64,000 bases of DNA, from contig CP067995.1 of NCBI GenBank assembly GCA_045159875.1, positions 1,280,001-1,344,000 of the forward strand. Direction: 5' to 3'. This document shows, in pieces, positions 23,816 through 35,432 of this stretch. Below the pieces are notes generated by a model. It ran no database searches. It had not been told where the DNA came from and saw only the letters and a program-made list of their open reading frames with translations. Source of the DNA: a cyanobacterium endosymbiont of Rhopalodia gibba. Its GTDB lineage: Bacteria > Cyanobacteriota > Cyanobacteriia > Cyanobacteriales > Microcystaceae. Numbering within the stretch: position 1 is the first letter of the stretch; each line of letters begins with the position of its first letter. A program made the translations under genes and the position numbers.

Positions 23816-24688
23816 TTAAATTGATTCGACACGCATTGCAAATATTGCCTCGCAAGTTGCCCCAGGGTCAAGTTTTGTTAGGTTTTTGCCTGTATTCAAG
23901 GCATTACGGGGTGCTGTCCAAGGTTCAAGACACACGTAATCTTTTCCTTTGAGAGTCCAAAAAACAAAGGTAGAATAGATATCTGACCAACTGAGGATTA
24001 ATTTTAACTTTCGGTGCTCATCAGTCATGGTAGCTAAAGAACGAGTCAAAGACTGAAACCCCGCATCGATTTCGTTTTGGTTAAAGTCAAAAGTTCCGTC
24101 ATAGGAAAAAATCTTTTTAGTCGCTTGATCTTGATATTCTGAGGAGGGAATATCAAAGATAACTTTGCTTTTATCAGGAACATAATAATAAGGGTGAAAT
24201 CCAAAAGAAAAAGGCATTTTTTGCTCAGACTTATTAGCGCATTTTTGACGAATAATTAAAGAGTTACCCTTAAGTTCATAGGTAAAATCTAATTGAAAAT
24301 CAAAGGGATAAACTAGGCGGGTTTGTTCATTACTTTTTAGGGTTACAGTTAAACTAGCACAGTTATCTGTTCCATGTTGGGTTACTTCCCATGGTAAATC
24401 TCGAGCAAACCCATGTTGTTTAAGAGTGTAAGTTCTGTCGAGATAAGTATATGTATTATCATGAATATTTCCACAGATAGGGAAGAGAATAGGAACTCCA
24501 CCTCGAATACTCATTTCTGGTTTTAAAAACCGTTCTTTATCTAAGTAGAGAACATCTTGACCCTGTATTTTCCATAGTATAATAATGCCTCCTCGTTCAG
24601 GAACAACTGTTATTTGAGAGATAGCTTCAGAGTCTGAGAGAATATAGGTTAAATACTGTTCTTTTTTAAGAGTAACTGAAAATGCCAT
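23816..24688 (-). CDS. aldose 1-epimerase family protein
   Basis: RGGVPILFP, QHGFAR, GFHPY, CLEPW. Confidence 0.93.
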   Translation of the reverse strand: MAFSVTLKKEQYLTYILSDSEAISQITVVPERGGIIILWKIQGQDVLYLDKERFLKPEMSIRGGVPILFPICGNIHDNTYTYLDRTYTLKQHGFARDLPWEVTQHGTDNCASLTVTLKSNEQTRLVYPFDFQLDFTYELKGNSLIIRQKCANKSEQKMPFSFGFHPYYYVPDKSKVIFDIPSSEYQDQATKKIFSYDGTFDFNQNEIDAGFQSLTRSLATMTDEHRKLKLILSWSDIYSTFVFWTLKGKDYVCLEPWTAPRNALNTGKNLTKLDPGATCEAIFAMRVESI

Positions 24689-25145
24689 AACTTTTTTTGT
24701 CGATTCAATATTTTATAAACTTGACTTATGTCAAGAGCTTTATTATATAATAGACTAGGAATAAATAAAAGATATGAACAGGTAAACAGTAAACAATATC
24801 ATAATTATATTATCTTTTTAGAATTCTCTAACTTAAGATGTAAACCATTATGACTTCTAAGATTTACACTCTTTATTTAAGTCAAATAAATGGTAAATTA
24901 GGAAAACATTCTGTTACCAAATTTTAGGAATTACTTTTGGATAAACGGTTAAAAAACTTAATGAAAATGCTTAAGGTTCCTCGAGTAAAAACTTTAATGG
25001 TACAGTATGTTTGGACGCAGTCAAATATCAAATATAATCAAAAATCTCGTTATATCTCTTTAAAAATTATCGCCTTTGATAATTATTTTTACCGTCCCCT
25101 AAACAATGATTGGTGATATTTCTTCACACCTCTTGCAATCTATAT

Positions 25146-26335
25146 ATGTCCATTACTTTCTAAAGTAAAGCCAAAGCTCTCAACCTAAGAAATAACCGTC
25201 CGGACAAAGAGCTCTGTAGTAAGTGTGGATTATGCGATACTCACTACATCCGCCATATTAAAGAAGCTTGTGCTTTTCTTAATCAACAAATCAGCCAACT
25301 TGAAGAGATAACTCATGGTCGTAGTCACAATTTAAATGATGAAAACAACTAATATTTTGGAATTTATCAAGATATAACAGCTGCGCGAGAAAAACAGCAC
25401 ATCGAGGGAGCACAATGGACAGGCATTTTTAGTAATTACTTGTGAAATGTTGACTCAAGGATGGGTAGAGGGGGTTGTCTGTGTCTATCTACGATAGAAG
25501 AGCGTTTTTAACCCATCCCTATGATTGCTAGGATGACCGAAAAAACTTTAGCAGCTAGGATGAATAAACCCATTTTATCCCCAAACTTTTCTATTTTGGA
25601 ACAAATACAATAATCAAGGATACAATTATCATTAGTAATTGGGGTTGGTCGTCAAATTCAAGCGTTGCAAGCTGTAGAAAGAAAATTATCTTTGGAAAAG
25701 CTTTATATCTTGGGAATTCCTTGTGTTGACAATGTAACCCGTAACGGATTACGAAAGTTCCTTGAGACCATGAGGATATCTCCTGAAACCATTGTTAATT
25801 ATGACTTTATGCAGGACCTTCGTGTTCATTTCAAACACCAAGATGGGTCAATTGAAAAAGTACCTTTTTTTTGTTTAAAGATAAATAAACTGAAAGATGT
25901 TTTCGCTACCTCTTGCATGAGTTGTCTTGATTCTGTTAATACTTTAGCCAATTTAGTGGTCGGCTATATGGGGGCAGAATTCAGTTGGCAATGGGTGACC
26001 GTTCGCAATGAAACTGGACAGGAAATGTTACGGTTACTCAAAAACCAACTAGATACTAAAGCCCTAATTTTTAAGGTGAATAGAAAACAGGCAGTACAAC
26101 AAAGTATTTCGCCTATGATCAAGAAGTTACTCTGCCCATGTAGGCAGCAAAGTTAATAAGGATAGTCGTAGAAAAAGTTGGTCTAAAAGAATTAGAGTAT
26201 GCCCGCTTTTCTATGGACTCCGATTTCACCCGTAATTATCTTTATGTGAAACGCAACTATTCTCGAAAATTACCTGAGCATGTTCCCGAATTCGTTAAGC
26301 GAATTGTGGGGCAATATTAATTGCCAAAGAATTGA
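25146..26335 (+). pseudogene. bciB: 8-vinyl reductase BciB (FrhB-like) pseudogene
   Basis: KAKAL..RPDKELCSKCGLCDTHYIRHIKEACAFLNQQ..GAQWTG..LYILGIPCVDNV..DFMQDLRVHFKH..SCMSC..LVVGYMGA..LEYARFSMDS; near full length with several stops and frameshifts; contains ORF 25665-26156. Confidence 0.9.
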
Positions 26336-26583
26336 AAATATTTGATTTAGTCACTCAGTAACTTAATTATTAATCCCACTGCTTAGATCTTACTCAAAGT
26401 TCAGTGATCAGAGCACATGAGTATTTTAACTTAGTAAGCCATCTTAACGATCCCAAATTGGTCGGTATCAGCCCTACTCGTTCACTCAGATCTGTACTGA
26501 CGAGCATATCTTTTGAGTATTAACATCCGTTACAATGCCTAAAATAACAATTCTGAAAAAAAGATTTATTTGGTCATTATCCT

Positions 26584-27960
26584 ATGCCCAAGAGCCCTTT
26601 AAAACAGGCCATACATAGACTTCAGTCAGAACAAAGAAAATGGGCGGCTGTCGGTCAATATACGCCTAAACAGGTGAATCGATGGTTTAAATGGTTATCT
26701 CCTGGCCTCTTGGTCAAACGCTGGTTACTTATCAGTATTACCGGTCTAATCTTAACTTTTTTAGGATTAGCTGTTTTTCTTAAGTTAACTCCAGTGTATC
26801 GCTTGCTAGAGTTCATCTCTACCCTACTAGAATTTCTGACTACTTATGTTCCCAATTATATTTCTGGTCCGTTAGCGATTCTCTTCGGACTATTTTTGCT
26901 GTTATGGGGGCAAAGTCGTACTGTAGGATCAATTACCGAAGCATTGCATCCTGAAGGAAATCAAGAACTTGTCGATCTTCTTCTAGCCCACCGTCGTCGA
27001 AACCGAGGACCGAAAATAGTAACTATTGGAGGAGGAACTGGCCTTTCAACTCTGTTAAGAGGACTTAAACAATATAGTAGTAATATAACCGCTATTGTCA
27101 CCGTAACCGACGATGGCGGCTCATCCGGGCGGCTTAGACGGGAAATTGGTGTTCTTCCTCCAGGAGACATCCGCAACTGTGTTGCTGCTTTGGCAGATGA
27201 AGAAAAACTTTTAACGGAATTATTTCAATATCGTTTTCAGGCTGGGGATGGACTCACTGGGCACAGCTTTGGCAACTTGTTTCTTACGGCTTTAACCGAC
27301 ATTACCGGAGACCTGGAACAGGCGATTGCAGCTAGTTCTAAAGTTTTAGCTATACGAGGGAAAGTTCTACCAGCTACCCTTAATGATGTCCGTCTTTGGG
27401 CAGAGTTAAGTGATGGACGGTTCATTGAAGGAGAATCTAATATTACTGAAGCCAGGGGTAAAATTGAACGTATTGGCTGTATTCCTGCTCATCCTTTAGC
27501 CTTACCAGCGGCTATGAATGTTATTAAAGATGCAGATTACATTATCATCGGGCCTGGGAGTTTGTATACAAGTGTGATTCCTAATCTTTTGGTTCCAGAC
27601 ATTAGAAAGGCTTTGATTGAAGCAAAGGTTCCCCGGCTCTATATTTGTAATATCATGACCCAACCCGGAGAGACTGACGGCTATACTGTTAGTGATCACC
27701 TCAAAGCCATTGATCATGTTTGTCAACAACGGTTATTTGATGCAGTTTTAATTCAACGTAGACCTCCCTCTCCGAAAGCGTTAAAACGTTATGCCCTAGA
27801 AAACTGTCATCCTGTTTTTCCTGATCGTGAAGAGGTGGCTAAATTAGGCTGTCGTGTTATTTTAGGTAATGTGATGACCGAAGACGAAATTACCGGAAAG
27901 GTTAGCCATGACCCTCAGCGATTAGCTAAGGTTTTGTTACGCTGGTATAGTAGCAAGTAA
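26584..27960 (+). CDS. YvcK/UPF0052 (CofD-like) family protein
   Basis: [34 protein letters not shown]-terminal TM segments. Confidence 0.93.
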   Translation: MPKSPLKQAIHRLQSEQRKWAAVGQYTPKQVNRWFKWLSPGLLVKRWLLISITGLILTFLGLAVFLKLTPVYRLLEFISTLLEFLTTYVPNYISGPLAILFGLFLLLWGQSRTVGSITEALHPEGNQELVDLLLAHRRRNRGPKIVTIGGGTGLSTLLRGLKQYSSNITAIVTVTDDGGSSGRLRREIGVLPPGDIRNCVAALADEEKLLTELFQYRFQAGDGLTGHSFGNLFLTALTDITGDLEQAIAASSKVLAIRGKVLPATLNDVRLWAELSDGRFIEGESNITEARGKIERIGCIPAHPLALPAAMNVIKDADYIIIGPGSLYTSVIPNLLVPDIRKALIEAKVPRLYICNIMTQPGETDGYTVSDHLKAIDHVCQQRLFDAVLIQRRPPSPKALKRYALENCHPVFPDREEVAKLGCRVILGNVMTEDEITGKVSHDPQRLAKVLLRWYSSK

Positions 27961-27979
27961 CAAGTAATTTTAATTAATA

Positions 27980-28453
27980 GTGATTATCGAGTTACCCTCA
28001 ACAAAGGCGACCCTATGCTTAGGAGAGCAATTAGGAAAACTATTACCAGCTCGAACGGTTATTCTACTAGAAGGGAATCTAGGAGTAGGCAAAACTACTT
28101 TAGTACAAGGAATTGGGAAGGGGTTGAACATAACAGAACTAATTGTTAGTCCTACATTCACCCTCATCAACGAATACACTCGAGGGCGGTTACGATTATA
28201 TCATTTAGACTTATATCGTCTAGAACCTCAAGAAGTTGAAAAGTTATCTCCCGAACTTTATTGGGAATATCAAGAAGTTATTCCAGGAATTACCGCAATT
28301 GAATGGGCACAAAGACTTCCCTATCAACCGTCAGATTATTTAGAGATTCAGTTAATCAACTCACCTAAACTAGTCCGTCAAGCTATCCTCAAGGAGGTAG
28401 GAAATCTCTCTTTAAAAGCTAGTTTTTGGGACAGCTTAGGGCAATTCTTATAG
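27980..28453 (+). CDS. tsaE: tRNA threonylcarbamoyladenosine biosynthesis ATPase
   Basis: GNLGVGKT, SPTFTL, HLDLYRL, AIEW. Confidence 0.95.
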   Translation: MIIELPSTKATLCLGEQLGKLLPARTVILLEGNLGVGKTTLVQGIGKGLNITELIVSPTFTLINEYTRGRLRLYHLDLYRLEPQEVEKLSPELYWEYQEVIPGITAIEWAQRLPYQPSDYLEIQLINSPKLVRQAILKEVGNLSLKASFWDSLGQFL

Positions 28454-28497
28454 AACTGAGGAAATAAATAAATGAAGTATCTAGGGTAACCGACGAC

Positions 28498-28523
28498 AGG
28501 GGTCAACGGATGTTGACCCGCAC
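28498..28523. repeat. decayed cyanobacterial REP-like palindrome
   Basis: AGGGGTCAACGGATGTTGACCCGCAC; related copy at 38851. Confidence 0.6.
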
Positions 28524-28871
28524 TTTTGTCTTTAGCTTATTCTAAAGATCTTTCACACATTGTTTAAATTAAATTAATCAAGACTAAATTTATTACTGCG
28601 TTTGTATTGTAAATAAGCCGCAACAAATAAACCGGCTAAAGTGATGGGGATTAATCCTAAAACAATGCCTATCAGTAACGGTTCGATCACAGTGTTTCTC
28701 CTTAATCAGACTTAATAAACTGTCCTCTATTGTACTGGGAATTGACAAATCATAAAACCAGAAATAGACAATTATTAAGCTTCTAGACCCCCTGACGTGT
28801 AATCACTAAGAGTGTTAAAGTAGAAAACATGCAACCCTGAAAAACAGGCAACCCCCCTTTTTGGAGTTCTA

Positions 28872-29195
28872 ATGGCATTTAACTTTGATTTTTTCGCTTC
28901 TGAACAAGGAGAACAAGACGCTAACGCCCTCATTCAATACCTACGGCAACAGCACCCCGAAGCATTGGCTCGTATAGCTCAATCTGCTAGCCCCGAAATC
29001 AGACAGATCATCACCCAAAACGTGCAGGGACTAGTGGGAATGCTTCCCTCCGAGGATTTTAACATTCAAGTAACAACAGATCGGGAAAGTTTGGCTAATC
29101 TTTTAGCTTCTGCTATGATGACAGGCTATTTTTTAGGACAGATGGAACAACGAAAAAACTTAGAAGCTAACTTGTCTAATACAGACTCTTTGTAG
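28872..29195 (+). CDS. DUF760 domain protein
   Basis: QNVQGLVGMLP..LANLLASAMMTGYFL. Confidence 0.9.
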   Translation: MAFNFDFFASEQGEQDANALIQYLRQQHPEALARIAQSASPEIRQIITQNVQGLVGMLPSEDFNIQVTTDRESLANLLASAMMTGYFLGQMEQRKNLEANLSNTDSL

Positions 29196-29267
29196 TCGAA
29201 TGGTTAAACAGTGGACAGTCAACAGGCATAAGTTTATTAAACAAATGACTGCTGACTGATAGCTAAT

Positions 29268-29363
29268 CTATCCTCCTTTTGCAAAACTTCCCATCACTAA
29301 GGCAGATAATAAAATTCCAGGGAATAATAAGGCGACCAGTAAAGCAAGTTGACCGATTGTCAT
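29268..29363 (-). CDS. 31-aa membrane micro-protein, Norf4-like
   Basis: MTIGQLALLVALLFPGILLSALVMGSFAKGG*, SD AGAGGA, single TM segment; below the ORF-track cutoff. Confidence 0.75.
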   Translation of the reverse strand: MTIGQLALLVALLFPGILLSALVMGSFAKGG

Positions 29364-29587
29364 TATTTTTGTCCTCTAATTCAATATATTGTTCTGTTAA
29401 TCTAACCTATTTTTTTAGGGATTTTCGCCTGTTAATTATATTTTAAGCTCGACTTTAATTGAGTTACCCATCGATTGTAATAACACTATATTCTATTAGT
29501 TTTGCCAGTGGAAATATTCTATTTTTAGTTGGTTTAGATTATTATTTAAACAACTATTTCTCTTATAAAAACATAAAAAGATTCCTG

Positions 29588-30946
29588 TCACTCATTCATG
29601 TTCTTATAAGTTGCTACCGCAGAAGGTGATATACGATTAAGATAACGGAAGATCCAATATTTCAAAACCGTATCTAAGATCACAGGAAAAGTCGCGATAA
29701 ATAGGAAATTAAACTCTTGATTTTCTGGGAGTCCAAAGTGACGAGAAACTCCTTGTAAAATTACCTCCCACCCGTGGGGAGAGTGAAACCCCACAAACAT
29801 ATCGGTAAAGAGAATAATCAAAAAAGCTTTAGCTGGATCACTTAACCCATAAAGAATTTCATCAAGAAAAGCTCTAACCACTTCTATTTCTTTTTTACTA
29901 GTTACTATGACTAGAAAGAAAGAAACAAAAGAGAAAATATCTGCGAAAATATTGGCAATAGAATCAATTCCATGATGTCGATATTCATTGGTTATTTCTT
30001 CGGCTTTATGTTTAATTTCCTCCCTAATTTTTTCGGGGGTAAATTCTGGTCCTAATCCAATCAGTCCTCTAAATCTTAAAGTTTCTTCATAATGTTGTAA
30101 TTCATTTAATGCTTCTTCCTCTAAATCTCTATTAATGAAAATGACTTGTTCATGACTTGTAAAATATCTCTCAACAATAGGTGTTAAGAAAAAAGTTTTA
30201 GTTAATTGATGGGTAAGTAAAGGAACAATAATCAACAACAAAATAAACTTAATTGATAAAGCAGTTCGGTAGCGAGATTTACGGTATTTAACTAAAACCT
30301 CTTCTTCAGTTTCTCCTGATTTAGGATCAATTTCCTGTTTAATTCGGTTGAGAGTATTAATAAAAGACCTCGGCAGTACCCCAATTTTTTTTGAAGCAGA
30401 GGCTAAGTTAGAATTATCATTGTTTTTTTTCTGTCCAACGGAAGTATTTATACATTCACTGAAATTTTCATTTTTTGTAGAAGACAACTGATTTTCATTT
30501 ATTTTTTCTCCAGGAGTTATTGTTTTATTCTTATACTCTACTTCGGGATTAATATTAGGAGTTTGATAATGATTTGTTACCTCATCAATAAACTCAAGCT
30601 TGTCAAAAATGATAGAAGTGTTTGTCTCTTGATCCTGGTTATCTCGTTGATTTTTTAAATGGGGTTGTTTATCTTGTAAATCGGATATTTTGAAAAAAAA
30701 ATGACTAGCTTTAAAAAAAGCTAATCCCGTGTTTATTTTCTGTAAATAGCCATTAACTTCTGTTTCAAAATAATTAATAATGCTTGTTCCATAGTTAGAA
30801 TTTTCGACAGATACTTTTTTTCCTCCAAAATGTTTGTTTTCAATCTCTTTGATTTTCAAAGCTGATTTATAGGCGCTACTTAATGATTTTTCAGGGATTG
30901 CTAAGAACCAATCTGAGGTATTTTGAATGAAGGATTTAAGTTTCAT
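29588..30946 (-). CDS. pxcA: proton extrusion protein PxcA (CemA family)
   Basis: LFTDMFVGFHSPHGWE, FIATFPVILDT, YWIFRYLNRISPS. Confidence 0.95.
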   Translation of the reverse strand: MKLKSFIQNTSDWFLAIPEKSLSSAYKSALKIKEIENKHFGGKKVSVENSNYGTSIINYFETEVNGYLQKINTGLAFFKASHFFFKISDLQDKQPHLKNQRDNQDQETNTSIIFDKLEFIDEVTNHYQTPNINPEVEYKNKTITPGEKINENQLSSTKNENFSECINTSVGQKKNNDNSNLASASKKIGVLPRSFINTLNRIKQEIDPKSGETEEEVLVKYRKSRYRTALSIKFILLLIIVPLLTHQLTKTFFLTPIVERYFTSHEQVIFINRDLEEEALNELQHYEETLRFRGLIGLGPEFTPEKIREEIKHKAEEITNEYRHHGIDSIANIFADIFSFVSFFLVIVTSKKEIEVVRAFLDEILYGLSDPAKAFLIILFTDMFVGFHSPHGWEVILQGVSRHFGLPENQEFNFLFIATFPVILDTVLKYWIFRYLNRISPSAVATYKNMNE

Positions 30947-31020
30947 GGGAATAGGAACTTGCAGTCTTAAAATAAGGAGATTGTATATGTCATGTTAACA
31001 AATTGGATCGAGGAGTCTGT

Positions 31021-33159
31021 GTGAATATTAAACCCCTTTGGATTGAAGGAACAACCCGCAGTGGAAAAACCACTCATCTTACTAAGGAATTTTGTCATTG
31101 GCTCAACCAAAAACATGATTCCCTTCAAACAATTTCGGTTCCTGATTTCGTCCCTCAAAATTTAGCGTCTTCACTCTTAATTTTGTCAGCAAACAGTGAC
31201 AATTGTCGAAAACTTGCCGACAGACTTTCTTTATCTATTCAGGGCAGTTACCCCATTATCTGTAAAACTCCTTTAGGATTTATTACCAAGGAGGTCACCC
31301 TTTTTTGGCCACTTCTATTTGAAGAATTAACCTTGAAAGCTCAATTTCCCTTACTATTACGTCCAGAAACAGAACAGGAATTAGCTCTTCAGCTATGGCG
31401 GTCACATTTAGAGCTAGTTAAGGTTCGACTAACCAGAACCAGTGAGTCTCGCTTTGTCCGCCAAACCTTAGATTTATTACACCTTACAGGGGCTAGTGGT
31501 ATTCCGATCGAAGATATCCCCTATATTTTAAAACAGGGTCTACTCGAAGGCGATCACTATAATAATTCCTTAAATAACTCGGAACTTTCTTTAGAATTAG
31601 ATTGGGAATTGAGAGAAAAGTTGATTTTAAAATGGCAAAATTGGTGTTTGGATAAAGGTTTACTTACCTATGGATTAGTTTATACTCTTTATTGGCGATA
31701 TCTTCTCCCTAACCCCAGTTATCAACAACATTTGATTGATCGCTACCAAGGTGTTTTTGCCGATGATGTTGATGATTATCCGGCGATAACTAAAAATTTA
31801 TTTGACTTTCTCCTTGACAATGGAGTGTTTGGGGTATTCACATATAATTACGATGGACAAGTTCGTCTAGGACTCGACGCTGATCCTCAATATCTATCTA
31901 AATTAGCCTCTCGCTGCCGGGTAGAAGTGTTACCTTTACCTTCAGGACTAGCTGCGGACTGCGGGAAACTATTAGTGAAATTAGCTACTGAGCCTTCAGC
32001 AATCAATAATTTGCCTGAGTATATTTCATCAATTCAAAGTATCTCCCGTGCAGACTTATTACGTAAAACTGGACAAATGATTATTGAAGCAATTAAAGTC
32101 AACCGAGCTATTCCCGAAGACATCGCTATTATCGCCCCGGGATTAGATGAAATTGCCCGTTATACTTTGATTTCAATTATTTCAAACGCCGGAATCCCTA
32201 TTCAACCCCTAAATGAACAAAGATCTTTAATTAGTTATTCGATAGTCCGTGCTTTATTATCCTTATTGGGGTTGGTATATCCAGGGTTAGGAAGACTGAT
32301 TTTAACTGATGATGTCGCCCAGATGTTAACGGTATTAAGTCAACAAAGCATAGATGAGACTCAAACTTTAGTTCCGGCAATCGATCCAGTTAGGGCGGGC
32401 TTAATTGCCGATTATTGCTACCATATAGATCCGGAATGCCCAAAATTATTATCTATTGAAATTTTTTCTCGTTGGGATCGTCTGGGACATCTTGCTACCA
32501 AAGCTTATCAAGCAATTTGTCAATGGATCACCGATAGTCAAACTCTGTTACAAAAGAAACCATTAACCACTCCAGTAACTATCTTAGATCGGGCAATTAA
32601 ACACTTTATAACGATCAGGAGTCACATACCTTACGATCAAATTGCAGCATTACGGAAATTGATGGAAACTGCCCAACATTTTTGGGAAGTTGCTCGTCGT
32701 TTACATCAACATCATGCTACACCTCCACCACACGGGGAAACCCTGATTAAGTTTATTCAATTGTTGCGTCGTGGAACAATTACAGCAAATCCTCAACCCG
32801 TTCGTTATTTTGGTAAAACACCTGGTTTTGTTACATTGGCAACGATTTTTCAATACCGTTCATTACGTAATTCCCACCGTTGGCAATTTTGGCTAGACGC
32901 ATCTTCAATCTTATGGGAGAAAGGGGGAGCATCAGTGTTGTTTGGTGCACCTTTATTTGCACGAGAATGGACAAGAAGAATGTTAACTCCTGAAGATGAA
33001 TTGAAAGCTGATAAAGCCCGTCTAAAACGGATTTTAAAGGATTTGTTGGGACGTGTTGAAGAAAAAATTATTTTATGTCACAGCGATCTCAGCATAAAAG
33101 GAACCGAACAAACTGGCCCTTTATTAACTTTGGTTAATAGTTCTTTAGAGTTTACCTAG
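31021..33159 (+). CDS. conserved cyanobacterial P-loop protein (UvrD/AddB-like)
   Basis: WIEGTTRSGKT Walker A and ADDVDDYP; long intact ORF; start uncertain. Confidence 0.7.
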   Translation: MNIKPLWIEGTTRSGKTTHLTKEFCHWLNQKHDSLQTISVPDFVPQNLASSLLILSANSDNCRKLADRLSLSIQGSYPIICKTPLGFITKEVTLFWPLLFEELTLKAQFPLLLRPETEQELALQLWRSHLELVKVRLTRTSESRFVRQTLDLLHLTGASGIPIEDIPYILKQGLLEGDHYNNSLNNSELSLELDWELREKLILKWQNWCLDKGLLTYGLVYTLYWRYLLPNPSYQQHLIDRYQGVFADDVDDYPAITKNLFDFLLDNGVFGVFTYNYDGQVRLGLDADPQYLSKLASRCRVEVLPLPSGLAADCGKLLVKLATEPSAINNLPEYISSIQSISRADLLRKTGQMIIEAIKVNRAIPEDIAIIAPGLDEIARYTLISIISNAGIPIQPLNEQRSLISYSIVRALLSLLGLVYPGLGRLILTDDVAQMLTVLSQQSIDETQTLVPAIDPVRAGLIADYCYHIDPECPKLLSIEIFSRWDRLGHLATKAYQAICQWITDSQTLLQKKPLTTPVTILDRAIKHFITIRSHIPYDQIAALRKLMETAQHFWEVARRLHQHHATPPPHGETLIKFIQLLRRGTITANPQPVRYFGKTPGFVTLATIFQYRSLRNSHRWQFWLDASSILWEKGGASVLFGAPLFAREWTRRMLTPEDELKADKARLKRILKDLLGRVEEKIILCHSDLSIKGTEQTGPLLTLVNSSLEFT

Positions 33160-34570
33160 GAGGAGTTAAGGAACGAAGAGAAAAGATGAAAGAAGTAGAA
33201 AAAAAGTAAAGAGGGGCAATGCTGACTACCATAATTATTAGAAGTTGAAAACCTTTTAACTATTTAGTTGCAATTAAGGATTTCGCAATTAACTAAAATT
33301 GTTCCTCACTTTCTCAGACCTAAGACAATCAAACGGATATTACGATTGACTATATACGGTATAGGAAAACTTGTATCAAAAAGTAGAAATTTACATGATG
33401 CTGAACCTGATTGGCATACTCTCTTAAAAAAAATAACGTTCCAGCAAAACCTCTTCCATTTTATGGATTGTTTTACAATACTCATCAACTTAAGGTGTAG
33501 CTACTAACGTCTACAATCTTTCTCCCGGCTCTAATTATAGAGAATAATATTAATTTTTCTAATAATTGCTTCAAAAAACTAAGTTTTTTCTACGATGCTA
33601 TCTGTCATTATTATATTTGATTCCTGGATTTCCATAAATATTTTTTAAAATAATTGTTTTAACCTAAATAATGAGACTCCAAACTTGTCTTCTGATTAAC
33701 TTTAATCTGACTCTATTTCTGTAACAATACGTCTATTTTTACTTGTGAATATTTTTTTAAATTTTATTTAAAAGAGAACTATTTATTGTTTAATAAGCGT
33801 TTTGATTCCCAGCCTTAGTCTCGGAATCAAACAATAATATCAGAGTTTTTTGGAAAAAATATTATCTTTGTTTGGTCCTAAACTCTTTCAGCATAATTTT
33901 GTTTTTTTATCCAACTAGTTACTTTTAATTTTTTCCATATTTTTCCATTTATATATACAGTTTTAATTTTAATTAGTTAGCTATTTTTTCAAAAATTTTA
34001 TCAATTAATAAATATTGATATCTTCCTCTTTTTTTAAAAAAATTATTCCTTAGATTTGTAGCTACTTCTTTTTTTATTTATTATTTTAATTGATAAAATA
34101 CTTAATATAAAAAAATCTGTTATTACAGAAAATACATTCTATTTAAGTATTATTTTTTGCAATTTTTTCAAAAAGAGATATTATTTTTTAGTTTGAGTAA
34201 AGGAATATTTGTAGGTAACTAAGATTTTATAGGTATTGTTTTTATCTAAATTATTTTTCTATTATTAGGAATTAATTTTTACAAGTAGATTCAGTACGAT
34301 TCAAAATTATAAAAGTTTTAAAAAAGTCAAAATATTTTTTCACTCAAACAGTCTTAATGCGTATTGAACATTAAGATTTAAGCTAAAATGGATAAAAATA
34401 TTCAACAATATAGTTGAAATTAAACAGATAAAATATATAGATAACAGAGTTTTTATTTTACTAAAAGTACTTTTTAAGTGCAGTAAAAATAGTGAATGTT
34501 AAATAACTTTAATTAACAAAAAATTATGTTAAATATTTTTTTTGCTTACTTGCTTTTAACGAAGATAAAT

Positions 34571-34612
34571 ATTATTACAGATATTATTATAATAAATAAT
34601 ATCTGTAATAAT
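34571..34612. repeat. perfect inverted repeat, 18-bp arms
   Basis: ATTATTACAGATATTATT-N6-AATAATATCTGTAATAAT. Confidence 0.88.
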
Positions 34613-35432
34613 TAAAGAGGTTATTTATTAAATAGCCTCTCAACCAAATAAAACTTATTTTATATAAAAAAATAATTGATTTGTATAAATACAATGGTCT
34701 GAACAAACCAGTTTATGCAAAGTTTATAGAACCTTTCTATAAGTGAAAAATAACTAAATATCGTATAAAAACATGTACTAAATAAAACTCATATAATAAT
34801 TATTGATGGTTTTTAAATTCTCAAAAAATATACTTTTATTCCTAAAACATAGACAATAGTTTCTTCCCCTTTAAATAACAACGTAAAATATACTCGAACA
34901 TATATGCAAAAAAAAATATCCGATTATTCAAGATTTATCTTGATACTTTTCTTCCTTAGCTAGTCATGATACTATGAATGAAGACTAAGTCTAACATCAT
35001 ATGACATAGTGTAGAATTTCTTGTTTTGCTATTTTCTATTCTCCATAAATATACAGAATAAACTAAAATTTTAAAAAAATTTATTAATGTGTTAAAACAG
35101 GCTATTTTAGTTTTTAAAAATATCTTTTATTTAAAAATATATTGGCTCTTTTAGACTAAGTATTGTTAATTGACAACTAATGACTTCACGAACTATTAGT
35201 CTGACTGTATTTTCTAATTTTTAAAAAATTTTATCTATTTTAAAAAAAATTTTTATAATCTCAAAAGCTTTATTCAATAAGACTTTAAACTTTTATCTGT
35301 TATTATTTTTATGTTCATTCTAAAATAGCTAATTTATTAACTTAAGACAATTATTAGATTGACACAATGTAACTAGTTATCGGAAAAATTGTCGAGTACG
35401 GTGAATATTAAAATAAATAAAGAGAGTAAATC

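Noticed and set aside
25665..26156. 163-aa ORF as an intact gene
   Set aside because: Internal fragment of the bciB pseudogene
33268..33530. ORFs 33268 and 33306, or a TrkA-C-like relic
   Set aside because: Probably pseudogene debris, but the family could not be assigned
34721..34733. AGTTTATAGAACC as a fourth ISL3 end
   Set aside because: Short match in AT-rich DNA with no transposase residues nearby
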